Below are positions 29,567 through 33,091 of a DNA stretch of 33,091 nt, piece by piece. The DNA comes from Aduncisulcus paluster (Eukaryota): the NCBI GenBank assembly GCA_024181965.1, contig BQXS01010833.1:1-33091 (forward strand). The letters are read 5' to 3'. The notes below the pieces were generated by a model, which did no database searches, was not told the origin of the DNA, and was given only the letters and a program-made list of their open reading frames with translations. The stretch's first letter is position 1. The number at the start of each line of letters is the position of its first letter. Both the position numbers and the translations under genes were made by a program.

Positions 29567-30101
29567 TCCTGTAAACCATGATTTATTCTTCCATTTCTTT
29601 TTGCTATTTCAATTGTTTTTAAATTGAATGGTTCTTTTTAAAATCTAAAAATAGCAACTTCCTTTCAAAGATCTCACATTAAATCATAGAATTTCAAACT
29701 CACTTTGATGCTGTTTTGAAAGGGAAGGAATGGGTGTAAACATGTTATATCTCGTTGTATTGGGTTAATTTACTAGAGAAAAGCATATATTACCACTTAT
29801 TTTCTAATCTAACACAGGATTTGAATGAATTTTTAAATCTTAAAAAATGATTGAAAAAAAAAAATACACAACTTTGTCATACAAATAAAAATGATGTTTG
29901 AAATGTCAATTCAGTAAAATCCCGTCAAAGTAGTGTCAAGTTGACAAGTTGTCACAGCCAATGAGTCTCTCAGCATCCGTCTCTCGGTTAAGTTTGAGAC
30001 TCAAAAAGTTGCTATAATAAGGTTCATAAGCCAATAATATAAGCACTAAAATATGATTAATAAAGAGTAAAATTGGTTAAAAGTGTTGAATACATCTATT
30101 T

Positions 30102-33091
30102 CTACTTCTTCTTTGTTTTGTTGTTTGCAATCTTTGGAAGTCTGACAGGCCGAGGATTAACGCCAAATATACTTCCAACCTTTGGTTTTGCACTCCCCAA
30201 AGAAGATCTATTTTGGGACGATCCTGAGTAAGTTCTATCTCCACTTTGATGGCCATCTGAAGTAAGCTCTCTATCTCCTTCTTCTTCCATAATAACGGTT
30301 GATATCAATGATGTAGGTTTGCTTGCGGACATTGGTTTGATTCTTCCTGATGCCCCTAACGAATGGTGTGGAGAATGATACGGATTAGATCCATGAACAC
30401 TCACTTTAAGATTACTGTTCCCACTTGAAGCATGTGAACTACCTTTCAAGGCACCATCGTCCAAGTGAATACCTTTGGTGACAGTCCGGGATGAACGTTC
30501 CAAGAGAGCCTCCTGTTCCATCGTGGCAAACTCACCAGATGGACTACTACAAATCCCACGTGAAGATGAAGGGAGTTGACCATGGGCACGAGAAGAGGTG
30601 AAATCGGTCAGAGAATTAATAGTAAGGTCTTCCTCTTTCCCAAGTAAATTCTTCCCGCCACCAGAGTCAAAAATACTCAAAAGAGGTCTATTTTTAGCCA
30701 CACTACGTTCGGTCATGGATGTTCTTGTCTTAGAGTCCATTCCAACCCCTACAACGTACGGTAATCCATCGTTATTACTGTAAACATCATGGATACTTGA
30801 AGTGCGAGTTCGATCAGCATACGAGGAACTTGAAGAAGAATATGTCATAGGCCTTGTCCCATTGCTTAATCTTGCATGGATGCTGCTGATATGAGATGTT
30901 CCGGGCTGGTGGGATTGAAAAGAAGAACCTGAAGAATCTAATTGAAGGTTGGGAGGAGGCAAAAACCTAGAATATACATTGGGAACAGTCGATTTGAATC
31001 CACATCCCATGACTCGTTGTCTCTTTGGCGATTGAGAGGATAGGACATTGGATCCACCGTACAATAGAGGGTAAGAAACGTTCGAAAGCACAACAACTTG
31101 GTCAAGAGCCATCAATAAGAGTCTAATCCTTGTCGACCGAATGGCTGCAATTCGACGGTTCCAAAATGAGGCCTTATTCAAGTGTGCAGCTTGGAGCCTT
31201 TCAAAAGTTGATACGATATTTTGTTTTGTTGAGGCATACTTCAATTTGTGACCACGTTCATTCATATTCTCATTTGCTTCACAACATATTCCCCTGAGCT
31301 TTTCTTCATCATTGAGCATATTTGAAATCATTGCCGCTTCTCTTAAATGGTCTTTCTTTTTCTTTTCGGTATCAGAAATCAATTTTACGAGTTGTCCATC
31401 ACTTTTATAAACTCTGGCAATATAACTAAATATATTCCAATGATGGGACTGACCCTCTGGCACATAAGCTGAGGACGACAATGATGGAACCTTCATGTGA
31501 GTGAAACCATGTGATATGTTGCCATCTTCAGGTATTGTAGGATGTGTGACACTCAGAATATGCTTGTTCATCAGACCGGTCTCGAAGGAATGTATGCCTT
31601 GCTCACCAGATGCACCTGTTGATGGAGCTCCTTCTGCAACCATCTTAAGCATTCTGTCAGCATCCCATTCTCCGTCACTCTCGCTTCCTCTTCTCCTCAT
31701 TGTTCCTTCCAATAAACCCTCAGCAAATGAAATCAGATCACTGCTGAAATGCATAATTTGTGGATCAACTGATTCATCAGATTCTTCGCCTCTCTCTCGT
31801 TTTCCCTCAATTTCTAACTTCATCTCCCGGACACGCTGTATCTTTTCAAGAAGGGACATAACGACGGCTTGGGCATGCTGATACTGATTGTGTGCAAGCT
31901 TAGTAACAAATACAAGCCCATCATTGAATGCATGGATATTATTAGCACCTTGAGAAACTCCAGGCCCCATGACGCCACGTTGAAAGCCATCATCTCCCAT
32001 TCCACCCATTCCATGACCAGTAGCTCCATCAAGATCATCTCTCCGAGGCGTGTTATATTTGAATGAGCCAAATTGATTGGGAACCTGTTCCCCAGAAAGC
32101 GAATTACCATCCATATCCATCGATTCTCCTTGTTGTGGAATAAATTGAGATGATGTCAAATGGAAAGAAGATGAATGGTGATCACGGAACGAATCGGGAC
32201 GACCGCTTCTGTGATCATATGCTTGACGAGATTGAGAAGATCTGACACTGTCGCTCCCACGACTCCGCGTCGAAAAGCCACCATTTCTCTGGCTGGAACC
32301 TGAATTCCTACTACGTCTTCGTTTAGCATCTTCCATCCATTCATGATGCTCCAAATTTCTCTCCATCACATCTTCATCACTCACGGTGGCAAGAGATTGA
32401 ACCTGGGAATTCAGAGAACTCAATAGACGGCGAACAGACGATGCTGCACCCGATGTTCTACTTGCTTGAGCAGACCTTTGTGAACTACGAGCACCTTTAC
32501 GGCTGCTACCGGCAGATCCACCGGTTCCACCCCGTGACTTGACACGAGCTTGAGCTCTGGATATGGATTGTGACAATTCCCTTTGTTTCTCTCTTAATTC
32601 TTGTTCTCGCACCCTCTTAGCCTCTTCTCGCTCTTCTTTCAAGTGTTGCATCCGACGTTTGACCTCGTCTTCATGCAATTTCTTCTGTTTAGCTCTTTCT
32701 TCTCTCTCTAATTCCCTCTTCTTCTTCTCTTCCTCTCTCAATTTTTTAGCAGCTTCTTCTCTCTCACGCTCTTTTTCTCTTCGTTTTTGACGTTCTTCAC
32801 GGGCCTTAATAACAGCCTGGCGTTCAAGATCTTTTCGTTCCTTTTCGGCAGAATCATCGGTTTCCGCCGGGACCAATTGTTCGAACTCTTCGGCTTTCTT
32901 CTCCAAATCCAATATGGCATCCCGTAATTCTTGGTTTTTCCCTTCAAGATCAGCCAAAGCCTTCTCAAGTAAATCAATTTCTCTTTCTCTCGCCTCAACT
33001 TCTTGTTCCACCATTCGCATTTCCTCTTGAGTAAGTTCTTTCTCCTTCTCATATTCAAGTTCTCTGGCCTTTTCTGCATGTTCTCTCATAT
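30102..33091 (-). CDS. Large hypothetical protein with E/K/R-rich coiled coil and Ser-rich disordered regions; probably 5'-truncated by the window edge
   Basis: 995-aa ORF running to the window end; first ~180 aa charged helical; no family recognised. Confidence 0.85.
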   Translation of the reverse strand, partial: MREHAEKARELEYEKEKELTQEEMRMVEQEVEAREREIDLLEKALADLEGKNQELRDAILDLEKKAEEFEQLVPAETDDSAEKERKDLERQAVIKAREERQKRREKEREREEAAKKLREEEKKKRELEREERAKQKKLHEDEVKRRMQHLKEEREEAKRVREQELREKQRELSQSISRAQARVKSRGGTGGSAGSSRKGARSSQRSAQASRTSGAASSVRRLLSSLNSQVQSLATVSDEDVMERNLEHHEWMEDAKRRRSRNSGSSQRNGGFSTRSRGSDSVRSSQSRQAYDHRSGRPDSFRDHHSSSFHLTSSQFIPQQGESMDMDGNSLSGEQVPNQFGSFKYNTPRRDDLDGATGHGMGGMGDDGFQRGVMGPGVSQGANNIHAFNDGLVFVTKLAHNQYQHAQAVVMSLLEKIQRVREMKLEIEGKRERGEESDESVDPQIMHFSSDLISFAEGLLEGTMRRRGSESDGEWDADRMLKMVAEGAPSTGASGEQGIHSFETGLMNKHILSVTHPTIPEDGNISHGFTHMKVPSLSSSAYVPEGQSHHWNIFSYIARVYKSDGQLVKLISDTEKKKKDHLREAAMISNMLNDEEKLRGICCEANENMNERGHKLKYASTKQNIVSTFERLQAAHLNKASFWNRRIAAIRSTRIRLLLMALDQVVVLSNVSYPLLYGGSNVLSSQSPKRQRVMGCGFKSTVPNVYSRFLPPPNLQLDSSGSSFQSHQPGTSHISSIHARLSNGTRPMTYSSSSSSYADRTRTSSIHDVYSNNDGLPYVVGVGMDSKTRTSMTERSVAKNRPLLSIFDSGGGKNLLGKEEDLTINSLTDFTSSRAHGQLPSSSRGICSSPSGEFATMEQEALLERSSRTVTKGIHLDDGALKGSSHASSGNSNLKVSVHGSNPYHSPHHSLGASGRIKPMSASKPTSLISTVIMEEEGDRELTSDGHQSGDRTYSGSSQNRSSLGSAKPKVGSIFGVNPRPVRLPKIANNKTKKK

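Noticed and set aside
1-33091. CRISPR arrays, prokaryotic operons or defence systems, tRNA/rRNA genes, transposases
   Set aside because: Window is eukaryotic; no repeat-spacer array, cloverleaf, rRNA signature, or transposase/RT motif was seen.

Overview
Gene-dense, AT-rich eukaryotic (protist) scaffold using the standard genetic code, with few and strongly 5'-biased GT-AG introns. Gene content and an expanded repeat-domain family suggest an anaerobic metamonad/fornicate such as Aduncisulcus (inference from memory, not verified). Recognisable genes: cytosolic AspRS, RFC1, meiotic MSH5 (interrupted by an assembly gap with a 212-nt overlap duplication), EF-1alpha, a divergent cullin, a GDPD-fold membrane protein, a bacterial-type pyruvate formate-lyase activating enzyme, ribosomal protein eS28 (absent from the ORF track) and a divergent Sec61alpha, plus several hypothetical proteins and one pseudogene. 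Most notable: a glycine-cleavage H-protein-like domain lacking the lipoyl-lysine fused to an adenylate kinase behind a putative MRO-targeting leader; an intron-containing PFL activase; a GDPD pseudoenzyme; and a structured GC-rich intergenic element that may be an unannotated ncRNA. No CRISPR, tRNA, rRNA or mobile element was recognised.
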